Source: Escherichia phage PGN590. Taken from it: 49,043 bases of DNA. The notes beneath the pieces are model-generated. The model made no database searches and was not told the origin of the DNA. It saw only the letters and a list, made by a program, of their open reading frames with translations. The DNA is taken from the sequence record NC_049830.1; one strand, given 5' to 3'. This document shows, piece by piece, positions 8,244-15,693 of this stretch (the first letter of the stretch is position 1; each line of letters begins with the position of its first letter). The position numbers and the translations under genes are program-made.

Positions 8244-8516
8244 ATGAACATCAGCAAAACCACTTTCAACTTTGCAAAGCGTCACGGTCTGGATCTGACT
8301 GTTGAAGATTTTGGCGATGTTCTGCAACTATGCATTTGGGAAGCGGATAACGATTGCGAGTGGCTTTGCTCTTATCGCATCAATTACCATTGCTTAACCT
8401 GGCACGGCAATATCTATCTGCCGCAAGAAGTGAAAGAGGAATTGCCAGCGACCATCAATAATGAAGTGTTTTTGCGCAAAGTCCTGAAGTTTATTGCTGA
8501 GGAGATCAAGAAATGA
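8244..8516 (+). CDS. hypothetical protein
   Basis: AGGAGA RBS; first rightward gene after promoter-like repeat at 8162. Confidence 0.5.
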   Translation: MNISKTTFNFAKRHGLDLTVEDFGDVLQLCIWEADNDCEWLCSYRINYHCLTWHGNIYLPQEVKEELPATINNEVFLRKVLKFIAEEIKK

Positions 8517-8758
8517 TTGATGAAGTGGATTTTGAACTTGCAGAGGCCCAGGTAAGGGCCAAAAAGATGGGATTGCGGATCCTGAAGAAAACAGTCGAGT
8601 TCCCGTCGATGCCGTTCGCATCGTTTCATAAAGTGACGGTATTCAGTAGAAAACGCGAGTGTAATGCGCTAATCCCTGTTGGTGATGATAAGCGCATGGC
8701 TAAATTCATTAACGAGTCCTGTGATGTTCTGATGGCCGTTAAACACGATCAACAATGA
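8513..8758 (+). CDS. hypothetical protein
   Basis: ATG overlaps upstream stop (ATGA). Confidence 0.5.
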   Translation: MIDEVDFELAEAQVRAKKMGLRILKKTVEFPSMPFASFHKVTVFSRKRECNALIPVGDDKRMAKFINESCDVLMAVKHDQQ

Positions 8759-8771
8759 AGGGGAAATAAAG

Positions 8772-9038
8772 ATGGCACGAATCAATGCACCTATTCCAGT
8801 AAAACGCAAAGCACGACTGCTTAACAATGGATGTTACGCCATGCGGCCTGCATTTAAGGATCGCACCTTTCCGGTTATCGTCAACGTGTTGTACGTAAGC
8901 CGTAGCGGGAATCTGGCCTTTGTTAGCGGTGAAGATCTGGCGGCGATTGGATTCTATGGCGGTATTTACAGCGAACCGCTCGGATTCTGGATTGTAAATC
9001 CGTCAACTGGAGAACGCGAAATCGAACTCCTGGACTAA
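8772..9038 (+). CDS. hypothetical protein
   Basis: GAAGGGGAAA RBS; stop overlaps repeat motif. Confidence 0.5.
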   Translation: MARINAPIPVKRKARLLNNGCYAMRPAFKDRTFPVIVNVLYVSRSGNLAFVSGEDLAAIGFYGGIYSEPLGFWIVNPSTGEREIELLD

Positions 9039-9056
9039 TAGCACTTTTTGTTAAAA
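9037..9056 (+). promoter_or_regulatory. intergenic 20-bp repeat, promoter-like
   Basis: overlaps TAA of 8772-9038; TACATT 22 nt downstream; conserved leader. Confidence 0.55.
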
Positions 9057-9114
9057 CTCAATCCTCGTGTTCCTGTACATTACACACATCAACAACGAAT
9101 GCGAGGATTTGAAA

Positions 9115-9267
9115 ATGGTTACTCTGATTACCTGGGAACACGAAAACAGCCAGCCGGAAGCGCGCGAGTTTGAAACTGTAGCGGCATGTTATAACCTTGC
9201 GAAAAATGGTGGCTTCTATAAGGCGCAAATCGTTAACGAATTTGGAGTTGTTGACTATGAGTTCTAA
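9115..9267 (+). CDS. small hypothetical protein (50 aa)
   Basis: start set to ATG 9115 after conserved leader and GAGGA RBS. Confidence 0.45.
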   Translation: MVTLITWEHENSQPEAREFETVAACYNLAKNGGFYKAQIVNEFGVVDYEF

Positions 9268-9547
9268 ATTTTACAGCTACACCGATACCGTGGATTTTGA
9301 GGGGATACAATTGCCCCTCCCTAATATATACCGCTATATCACGCGTGACGAACGCGGATATATTGAAGCGTGGCGCTCATATCCAGTGCGGGATCTTGAA
9401 TTTGGCGGCTTCCGCTCTCTTGAGGGTGAGTTGCCGATCTGCTTCGGTCATCAAAGCGGTGAAAATCTTCCGGTTGTTGCGCGGCAGTATCGCAGACACA
9501 AGATCACAAGAGCACTTATCTCTTTAACTGGATCTGTTGTTGAATAG
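9257..9547 (+). CDS. hypothetical protein
   Basis: ATG 9257 overlapping upstream gene end; stop TAG inside repeat motif. Confidence 0.45.
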   Translation: MSSKFYSYTDTVDFEGIQLPLPNIYRYITRDERGYIEAWRSYPVRDLEFGGFRSLEGELPICFGHQSGENLPVVARQYRRHKITRALISLTGSVVE

Positions 9548-9562
9548 CACTTTTTGTTAAAA
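9543..9562 (+). promoter_or_regulatory. intergenic 20-bp repeat, promoter-like
   Basis: overlaps TAG of 9257-9547; TATATT 22 nt downstream; conserved leader. Confidence 0.55.
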
Positions 9563-9618
9563 ACGGTATGCGCCTGAATGGTATATTACATCCATCAACA
9601 ACGAACGAGGATTTAAAA

Positions 9619-9813
9619 ATGGAAAATCAAGTTGATGTTAAAGTTTTACAGCGTGACACCACTCACGAGAAAGGAATCTTTAAGAAAGGCGCTATCATCA
9701 CAATTGATATTGAGGATATGGTTGCGTACCACTCAGGGCTAACTTGGAACGTTGTTAAACATGGCAATGCTTTCAAACTGCGTGGATTCAATACTATTAT
9801 GGAGGTTGTGTAA
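9619..9813 (+). CDS. small hypothetical protein
   Basis: ATG 9619 after conserved leader CATCAACAACGAACGAGGATTTAAAA. Confidence 0.45.
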   Translation: MENQVDVKVLQRDTTHEKGIFKKGAIITIDIEDMVAYHSGLTWNVVKHGNAFKLRGFNTIMEVV

Positions 9814-10094
9814 TGGCCTACAAAAACAGCGATTTTAAAAACTCAGCCGAAACAATCAATGCGGCGCTAATTAAACAACGCGCTTATAGATTCTGGCTTG
9901 ATTATCATAATCTAAGGAAAAAGATTGATAATCTTATCAAGAATGGTAACGCGTCATGTTCTAACATTACGGTTTGGCGCAATATGAACGCGCAGTACGG
10001 CAAGGGAAAAATCCGTTTATTTGGTGGATCTGTTGAAGCGTATGTGTTTAGCGGAACAAAAGTTGTAAGTTTTAACGTTGTTGGCATTAATTAG
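9813..10094 (+). CDS. hypothetical protein
   Basis: ATG overlaps upstream stop (TAATG). Confidence 0.45.
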   Translation: MAYKNSDFKNSAETINAALIKQRAYRFWLDYHNLRKKIDNLIKNGNASCSNITVWRNMNAQYGKGKIRLFGGSVEAYVFSGTKVVSFNVVGIN

Positions 10095-10195
10095 ATGAAG
10101 CTAATAATATTCCATAATGCCTGGATGGTAGCTGTTGCAAATGATCATTATGGCGGAGACGGCAAGCGAGCAAAGCGCCACAGCTATTTCAACTG

Positions 10196-10214
10196 ATAGC
10201 ACGAATTGCTAAAC
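10196..10214 (+). promoter_or_regulatory. divergent repeat copy (ATAGCACGAATTGCTAAAC), promoter-like
   Basis: CATAGT 22 nt after TTGCTA; upstream of 10269 gene. Confidence 0.45.
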
Positions 10215-10268
10215 AATATTTCTAAAACCTGGCATAGTTACAACACCAAATATAATGAGGATTGCATA

Positions 10269-10496
10269 ATGAAAGCTAAAGTAACTAACATCATGCACAC
10301 TGTTGATGCACATCACCGCGTGGCAGTGAAAATGGATAAATCTTGCGGAATCAACCAGTTAACAATAACAAGCGGTAAAGGTGTGTTTGTTGTTGGATCA
10401 CATCCAGGTAGTAAAATCCGCAAATATACTCGCGAAGAATTGATTAAACTGCTGGAAGAAAACAGCATGTTTATTGAAAGCTGGAAGGCTATCTAA
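10269..10496 (+). CDS. hypothetical protein
   Basis: ATG 10269 after GAGGATTGCATA; followed by hairpin 10506-10523. Confidence 0.45.
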   Translation: MKAKVTNIMHTVDAHHRVAVKMDKSCGINQLTITSGKGVFVVGSHPGSKIRKYTREELIKLLEENSMFIESWKAI

Positions 10497-10505
10497 TTAA
10501 TAAAC

Positions 10506-10526
10506 GGGAGGTTTTCGCCTCCCTTT
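10506..10526 (+). terminator. putative intrinsic terminator (weak U-tract)
   Basis: GGGAGG-ttttcg-CCTCCC then TTT. Confidence 0.4.
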
Positions 10527-10546
10527 AAATAAAGGCGATAATAACG

Positions 10547-10657
10547 ATGAAATTTCTTGATATTTTATTTGGTGTGATGATTGGCCTTGCTGGTCTTTTA
10601 GTTGTCACTGCTGGTCTTGCTATTATTCTGATTGTTATCAAGGAGTTTATGAAATGA
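10547..10657 (+). CDS. small hydrophobic peptide (36 aa, single TM), not in ORF track
   Basis: MKFLDILFGVMIGLAGLLVVTAGLAIILIVIKEFMK; stop overlaps next start (ATGAAATGA). Confidence 0.35.
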   Translation: MKFLDILFGVMIGLAGLLVVTAGLAIILIVIKEFMK

Positions 10658-10878
10658 GTCAGGATGGATTTTTTGAGAGACTGCAAAAAGCGGAAGATGC
10701 TGGACTGAATAAAGAGGCCGCTCTTGAAGTTGCATATAAGATCAGGACACTTGATGATGCGTTGGGTGAAATGGATATGGAACATGAATGCGGTGCTGCA
10801 TTTGCAGATCCAACGATGATTGTTAATGATTGCGGCTGCAATTTTGATCCTAACTGTCCGCGATGCTTTCCGTTTTGA
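10654..10878 (+). CDS. hypothetical Cys-rich protein
   Basis: C-terminal CGCNFDPNCPRC cluster; start coupled to upstream peptide. Confidence 0.45.
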   Translation: MSQDGFFERLQKAEDAGLNKEAALEVAYKIRTLDDALGEMDMEHECGAAFADPTMIVNDCGCNFDPNCPRCFPF

Positions 10879-10887
10879 GGTGATGAA

Positions 10888-11598
10888 ATGCATAAAGGTT
10901 TGATTTTCTCTTTGTTTGATGGATCTGGTAAAGCCGTTAAAGATTGGGCTGACGCTGGATATAAATGCATTTGCTTTAATTACGATGATGCTGATCACGG
11001 TGATTACCACTCAGTGCGCATAATCCACGACAATATTTTTTACGTTAATGTGTGGATTGATGAGCTATTCAAATATACCGCAAAACTTGAAAATTGGGGT
11101 AAGCCTGATTTTATTATGGCGTTCCCTCCATGCACTGACCTTGCAAATAGCGGATCTCGCCATTGGGCTAAAAAACGCATTGAGAATCCATCGTTCCAGG
11201 ATGAAGCCGCCGACACTTGCAAAATAGCGGCGCAAATTGCTGATTATTTCGGTGTTCCGTACATGATAGAGAATCCTGTAGGCAAGCTGTCAACGCTATG
11301 GCGCAAGCCTGATTATACGTTCCATCCGTGCGATTATGCTGGCTATCTGCCGGAAGATGATAAACATCCCGACTTTCCTGATATTATTCCGGCGCGGGAT
11401 AGGTACTTTAAGAAAACATGCCTTTGGACTGGAAACGGATTTGTTATTCCTCCTCGCGCAACAATCCTTCCTAAAGAGGGCGACAAGGATAATCCTGGTT
11501 GGGCCAAAACTGGCGGAAAATCATCTCGCACAAAGATGATCCGCTCCCTCACACCGCGCGGTTTTGCTCGCGCAGTATTTGAAGCAAACGCAAAATAG
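10888..11598 (+). CDS. DNA (cytosine-5) methyltransferase-like protein, compact
   Basis: motif I-like LFDGSGKA, PC motif AFPPCTDLANSGS, ENV-like MIENPVG; no obvious target-recognition domain. Confidence 0.5.
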   Translation: MHKGLIFSLFDGSGKAVKDWADAGYKCICFNYDDADHGDYHSVRIIHDNIFYVNVWIDELFKYTAKLENWGKPDFIMAFPPCTDLANSGSRHWAKKRIENPSFQDEAADTCKIAAQIADYFGVPYMIENPVGKLSTLWRKPDYTFHPCDYAGYLPEDDKHPDFPDIIPARDRYFKKTCLWTGNGFVIPPRATILPKEGDKDNPGWAKTGGKSSRTKMIRSLTPRGFARAVFEANAK

Positions 11599-11613
11599 CA
11601 CTTTTTGTTAAAA
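11594..11613 (+). promoter_or_regulatory. intergenic 20-bp repeat, promoter-like
   Basis: overlaps TAG of methyltransferase-like gene; CATAAT at 11633-11638. Confidence 0.55.
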
Positions 11614-11669
11614 GCTAGGTGTAAAAGCCTGGCATAATCACTTCACCGAAACGAAAGGAGAAATAAACG

Positions 11670-12056
11670 ATGAAAGTTATCTGCAATAAAACCAACGTTT
11701 TGATGAACGGTCGTTATAAAGCTGTATACGAAAAAATTGCTGGTAGCGATGATGTGATCGAGTTGGAACAATTCCAGGTAAAGAGCATTACAAAGGGTAG
11801 CAAGTGGCAAAATGCTGTTGAGTCTGACTATCGTAATATCAAGACAAAAACAATTAAATGCACATTTGTAGATCACAAGATCCCGTGCAAAAAGCATTTC
11901 AAAGAAGGAAAGCGCTACCAGATTGAGCAAGGCCGCGCTCTTGGCGCTGTTGCTGGTTATGTGTTTGATGAAGCTGGCGACCGCTGGACGCTATACCGCG
12001 AAGAAGTTGGGTTTTCCGCTGGTGGCTGTCATTTATTTGAGGCTATGTATAAGTGA
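11670..12056 (+). CDS. hypothetical protein
   Basis: AAAGGAG RBS; promoter-like repeat upstream. Confidence 0.5.
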   Translation: MKVICNKTNVLMNGRYKAVYEKIAGSDDVIELEQFQVKSITKGSKWQNAVESDYRNIKTKTIKCTFVDHKIPCKKHFKEGKRYQIEQGRALGAVAGYVFDEAGDRWTLYREEVGFSAGGCHLFEAMYK

Positions 12057-12274
12057 TCAAGGCTGAATATCGCTATAAGGTGACTCATTCAGCAACAAAA
12101 ACCTTCAAGCCTGGCGATATAGTCAGGCCAATAAAGAAAACGATGGTTGGATGGCTGATTGGTCTTTCTTACCACAAATCACTTTATTTTGATTTTGCTG
12201 ATTCCGTAACCGCGTATTGCCATAGCGCAAGGGAACCAGAAAAAATCTTAGTTAGCATAGAGCGGATCAAATAG
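12053..12274 (+). CDS. hypothetical protein
   Basis: GTG start overlapping upstream stop (GTGA); stop TAG inside repeat motif. Confidence 0.4.
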   Translation: MIKAEYRYKVTHSATKTFKPGDIVRPIKKTMVGWLIGLSYHKSLYFDFADSVTAYCHSAREPEKILVSIERIK

Positions 12275-12288
12275 CATTTTTTGTTAAA
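12270..12288 (+). promoter_or_regulatory. intergenic repeat (variant AATAGCATTTTTTGTTAAA), promoter-like
   Basis: overlaps TAG of 12053-12274; TATTAT at 12309-12314 inside a hairpin. Confidence 0.5.
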
Positions 12289-12343
12289 TGCGGGTAGCAT
12301 TGGTGCGGTATTATTGCCGCATCAAAAAAAGGAGTTATCATCA

Positions 12344-13927
12344 ATGAATTTTTCGTTTGAAACCAATAAACTAACACCAAAACAAATTATCGAATTAGCT
12401 GATGCACAAGGATTGTCTCCGGTGCGCGTGTCCATTCAGGCAAACGGATACCGTCAATCGTCCAGCTTTTGGGGTGAGGTTAATGATGTTAATAACGGAA
12501 ATGATCGCTACCCTGTAATTTCTCTTGGTAATGATGTTGATGTTGTTGGTAAGTTGGCGCGCAACATTGCTCGATCAGTTCAGTTCCCTGAATCATCGGC
12601 ATATATGCACTTTATAGGCTGCGTGTCTGCTGCAATGCTTGGACGCTTCACGGTTGAGTATCACGGAACGGATCAGCCGACCGCTCTTTATGTTGTCACA
12701 AGCCAGCCTCCTTCAACTGGTAAATCCGCCGTTAACAGCCTGGCACTTGCTCCAATGGTTGCAGAAGTGGAAAGAATTAACGATCAGCGAAAGAAGGAAA
12801 GAAAAAAGATTCAGGCAAAGTTGGCAGGTCTTGCAAAAGAGATGAAAAGCGAGCGCTCCGGCGCTGATATGGAATCTCTGTACCAGGAGAAAGAAGATCT
12901 GGAAGAAAAACTTGAAAAGATGTGTGACATTGTTTTCCCTGTGTCCGACACCACGCCGGAAGGACTTGCAAGAATCAACAATCGCCAGGGTAACTTTGCT
13001 GTGATTTCAGACGAGGCAACGAGTATTAACAGCCTTTTAGGTCTGACATATGCCAATAGCGAACGTAAAACCAACAGCGAACTTGTGCTGAAAGCATGGG
13101 ATCATGGTCATGTTTCTATAGCTCGTGCAAACGCTGACAACAATATGAGTTTTAAAGCTCTTGGCTGTATGGCTGTAATTGCCCAGGATGAAACAATCAA
13201 TGCCATCATGGATGCAGGATCGCGCGGTATCGGTGTAAGTGAGCGTTATTTGCTTGTACGCGAGGAATCATTTTTAGGCCGTAGAAAGTTTGTTGATGAT
13301 AACGGTGATTCTACTTATGAGCCTGTTGATGGAGAACTGAAAAGCCAATATTTCAAGCTGATCCATAACATCATGAGTGAATCAAACATCCAGCTTAAGA
13401 TCAGCAAATCAGCAATGCGAGTTCTTAACATGGCTCGTCAGGAGATGGAACCGCACCTTGCTGATGGAGGAAAATATTCGCATACAATGCTGCGCGGCGC
13501 TCTTGGCAAAATGGATAAGCAGGTGATCAGGATTGCTTCGGTTTTGCACACTATCCGAAACTGGTTTAATCCTGGCGGATACCCTCAAAAGTCGAAAGAG
13601 ATTGAGGTTGAAACCGTTCAGGAAGCATTGCTGATGTTTAGCGAGTTGAGCAAAACATACATTAGCGCCGCCAACGCTTCTGGCTATGCTGGTGATGATG
13701 CTGAAATGGGTAAACTAATCGAGATCATCACTCGACACGGCAAGGCTAATAAGGGGATCTTGAATGTGCGCGCAATATATGAGGCTGCACGAAAAGTTAA
13801 GCCGTTTATTGGCCAGGCTGGCGTAATGAAGCGTATGGAAACGCAACTGCTGCCGATGCTTGAAGAAAGAAATTATATTTGTGTGATTAATGGAGTTGTT
13901 TTTGTAAATCCAACATTGCTGGGGTAA
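12344..13927 (+). CDS. P-loop NTPase (SF3-helicase-like Walker A)
   Basis: AAGGAG RBS; Walker A VVTSQPPSTGKSA; Walker B-like FAVISDEA; coiled-coil insert between them. Confidence 0.5.
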   Translation: MNFSFETNKLTPKQIIELADAQGLSPVRVSIQANGYRQSSSFWGEVNDVNNGNDRYPVISLGNDVDVVGKLARNIARSVQFPESSAYMHFIGCVSAAMLGRFTVEYHGTDQPTALYVVTSQPPSTGKSAVNSLALAPMVAEVERINDQRKKERKKIQAKLAGLAKEMKSERSGADMESLYQEKEDLEEKLEKMCDIVFPVSDTTPEGLARINNRQGNFAVISDEATSINSLLGLTYANSERKTNSELVLKAWDHGHVSIARANADNNMSFKALGCMAVIAQDETINAIMDAGSRGIGVSERYLLVREESFLGRRKFVDDNGDSTYEPVDGELKSQYFKLIHNIMSESNIQLKISKSAMRVLNMARQEMEPHLADGGKYSHTMLRGALGKMDKQVIRIASVLHTIRNWFNPGGYPQKSKEIEVETVQEALLMFSELSKTYISAANASGYAGDDAEMGKLIEIITRHGKANKGILNVRAIYEAARKVKPFIGQAGVMKRMETQLLPMLEERNYICVINGVVFVNPTLLG

Positions 13928-13929
13928 TT

Positions 13930-14322
13930 ATGTTTCTTCTGGACCTGTATCGCTGGTGTGAGTCATTCGAATGGTTTACACGTCAACATATAGCGAAATT
14001 TATATTTCAGCATAGAGAATGTGAGCGGCTCGCAAGGGCCGCAGGATTTACACCGAGAATGTTTGCGACTGCCGTTTCAAAAGAGTTTTGCGCAAGAATG
14101 ATGACCGCTGGTTATCTTGATGGAGTTGATGGAAAGTTCTGGTGTAAGAAAGGATCCGCAAATCGCCCTTTCTCGTTTGAACTTTACAGCCTGGAAGGTA
14201 TGCAAAACGAATGGGTTAGGGATGTTTTAAGGATCGGAGAAATGAGCGATGAAGAATTGTTTGCGTCAAATGCTAATAGACAAAATATTGAAGTTCTGCG
14301 CCGTAAGTTCAATCTCACATGA
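13930..14322 (+). CDS. hypothetical protein
   Basis: ATG 13930 three nt after upstream stop. Confidence 0.5.
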   Translation: MFLLDLYRWCESFEWFTRQHIAKFIFQHRECERLARAAGFTPRMFATAVSKEFCARMMTAGYLDGVDGKFWCKKGSANRPFSFELYSLEGMQNEWVRDVLRIGEMSDEELFASNANRQNIEVLRRKFNLT

Positions 14323-14445
14323 AGACTTCATGTACGCAATGTTAACGCTAATTCATTCTGACATGCGAGCGTTTAACATATCAGAGCATAATTTGTGCGA
14401 TGATGACGGCGTTTTGTTGGTTACTGTAAAGCGCATTGAATAACA

Positions 14446-14475
14446 AAGGAGGCGTTAAGCCTCCTTTTTCTTTTC
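14446..14475 (+). terminator. intrinsic terminator ending rightward early operon
   Basis: AAGGAGGC-gttaa-GCCTCCTT then TTTCTTTTC; overlaps 3' end of convergent spanin gene. Confidence 0.6.
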
Positions 14476-14841
14476 TCTCCAGTAAAGACAAATCAGCACA
14501 ATTAACACAACCACGCATATGATTACTGGATCGTACCATCTGCCGTTATTGCCCTGCACAACCTGGATTTTATCAGCCTTGATGGTGTTAGCCTGAATGG
14601 TTGACGTAGTGAAATCCTTCTTGCTGGAAGTGTCAACCTTATCAACCGCAGATTCCTTTATTGTGGTTTCCTGTTTTGTGCTGGTGTCCTGCTTTGCGGT
14701 AACGCCAACGGTCTGCTTTACGTTCTCCGCTCCTGCCTGTGCTGTGATTTCCGGCTTACTACCGATTAATCCGGTCAGTGGAGTAACGCTTGAACATCCA
14801 GACAAAATAACAGCTATAGCGATTGCCGATAACTTTCTCAT
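14455..14841 (-). CDS. unimolecular spanin (lipoprotein with C-terminal TM)
   Basis: lipobox AVILSGC at N-terminus and hydrophobic VIICVVVLIVLICLYW at C-terminus; last gene of lysis cassette. Confidence 0.6.
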   Translation of the reverse strand: MRKLSAIAIAVILSGCSSVTPLTGLIGSKPEITAQAGAENVKQTVGVTAKQDTSTKQETTIKESAVDKVDTSSKKDFTTSTIQANTIKADKIQVVQGNNGRWYDPVIICVVVLIVLICLYWREKKKEA

Positions 14842-14843
14842 AA

Positions 14844-15332
14844 TTACAGATCCTTAATGCAATATTTAAATTCCACGGCGCGGCGGTTGCGCAGTCCTTT
14901 AGACGTTTCTTTCTTTCCTGTTTTTGGATTTGTGTATTTTGTCCATCGCCATAACTGATTGCACGCTTCCATATAACGACCGTTATTAATCAGCTTAAGC
15001 ATGGTTGAATTTCTGAAAGCACCAGTACCAGCATTGTATGTGAATGAATACATTGCCGCTCGCATTGTATCAGGAATCTCAACCTTCACACGTTTATCAA
15101 CTTCATCCTTTGCGATCTTGATATGCTTTTCCAGTAGCGCATCGCACTCTCTCTGTGTGTACGTTTTACCTGGTATTACGTCAGGTCCAGTTATTCCGGC
15201 GCAAACCGTCCATATTCCAGCAATATCTTTGTACGGTTTATGTTTTACTCCTTCTATTTCCTCCAGTAATGGAGAAGTAAGAGCAAGAGCAACGCCGAAA
15301 GCCGCAGCGGTCACTCTTTGTTTTATACTCAT
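14844..15332 (-). CDS. endolysin (lysozyme-like, SAR-type N-terminus)
   Basis: hydrophobic N-terminal [17 protein letters not shown] then E..D..T catalytic spacing ([16 protein letters not shown]). Confidence 0.7.
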   Translation of the reverse strand: MSIKQRVTAAAFGVALALTSPLLEEIEGVKHKPYKDIAGIWTVCAGITGPDVIPGKTYTQRECDALLEKHIKIAKDEVDKRVKVEIPDTMRAAMYSFTYNAGTGAFRNSTMLKLINNGRYMEACNQLWRWTKYTNPKTGKKETSKGLRNRRAVEFKYCIKDL

Positions 15333-15547
15333 TATTTACCTCTGATCTCAATAGCTTTCTTAATATCACCGCATTCAAGCGCGTCACGTAGCGCCTTACT
15401 ATCACGCCAACGAAGATAAGCGCCCCACATACCAAATGCAGCCATCAAAACTAAGCTGGCTATTGCGATAGTTGTTTGACCAGTTACCGCCCCAGTGATT
15501 GACGCGCCGCCAGTGCCTGAAGTTACAGCGTTTAAAAAATCTTTCAT
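15332..15547 (-). CDS. holin
   Basis: 71 aa, one TM ([19 protein letters not shown]), charged C-terminus; directly upstream of endolysin. Confidence 0.55.
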   Translation of the reverse strand: MKDFLNAVTSGTGGASITGAVTGQTTIAIASLVLMAAFGMWGAYLRWRDSKALRDALECGDIKKAIEIRGK

Positions 15548-15620
15548 GATTAGATCTCCTGTAGATAAAAGTCAACAATTAATTGATTGTATCCTAACCA
15601 TTGAACGCACAAAAAGGAAT

Positions 15621-15650
15621 AAAAAAAGGGCGAAGCAAAATGCCTCGCCC
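15621..15650 (-). terminator. intrinsic terminator after phosphoesterase gene
   Basis: minus-strand hairpin GGGCGAGGC/GCTTCGCCC followed by seven U. Confidence 0.6.
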
Positions 15651-15693
15651 AATTAAATTTATGATTTATATTGGTATTTTAATTATTAAAAGT

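Noticed and set aside
10525-11010. Minus-strand ORFs (161 aa and 103 aa) opposite the rightward early genes
   Set aside because: Antisense to well-supported plus-strand genes with RBSs and coupling; low-complexity composition; no start context.
14249-14443. Plus-strand 64-aa ORF overlapping the end of 13930-14322
   Set aside because: Track start overlaps the preceding gene in another frame; the only in-frame ATG (14330) lacks an RBS; could be a real short gene but support is too weak.
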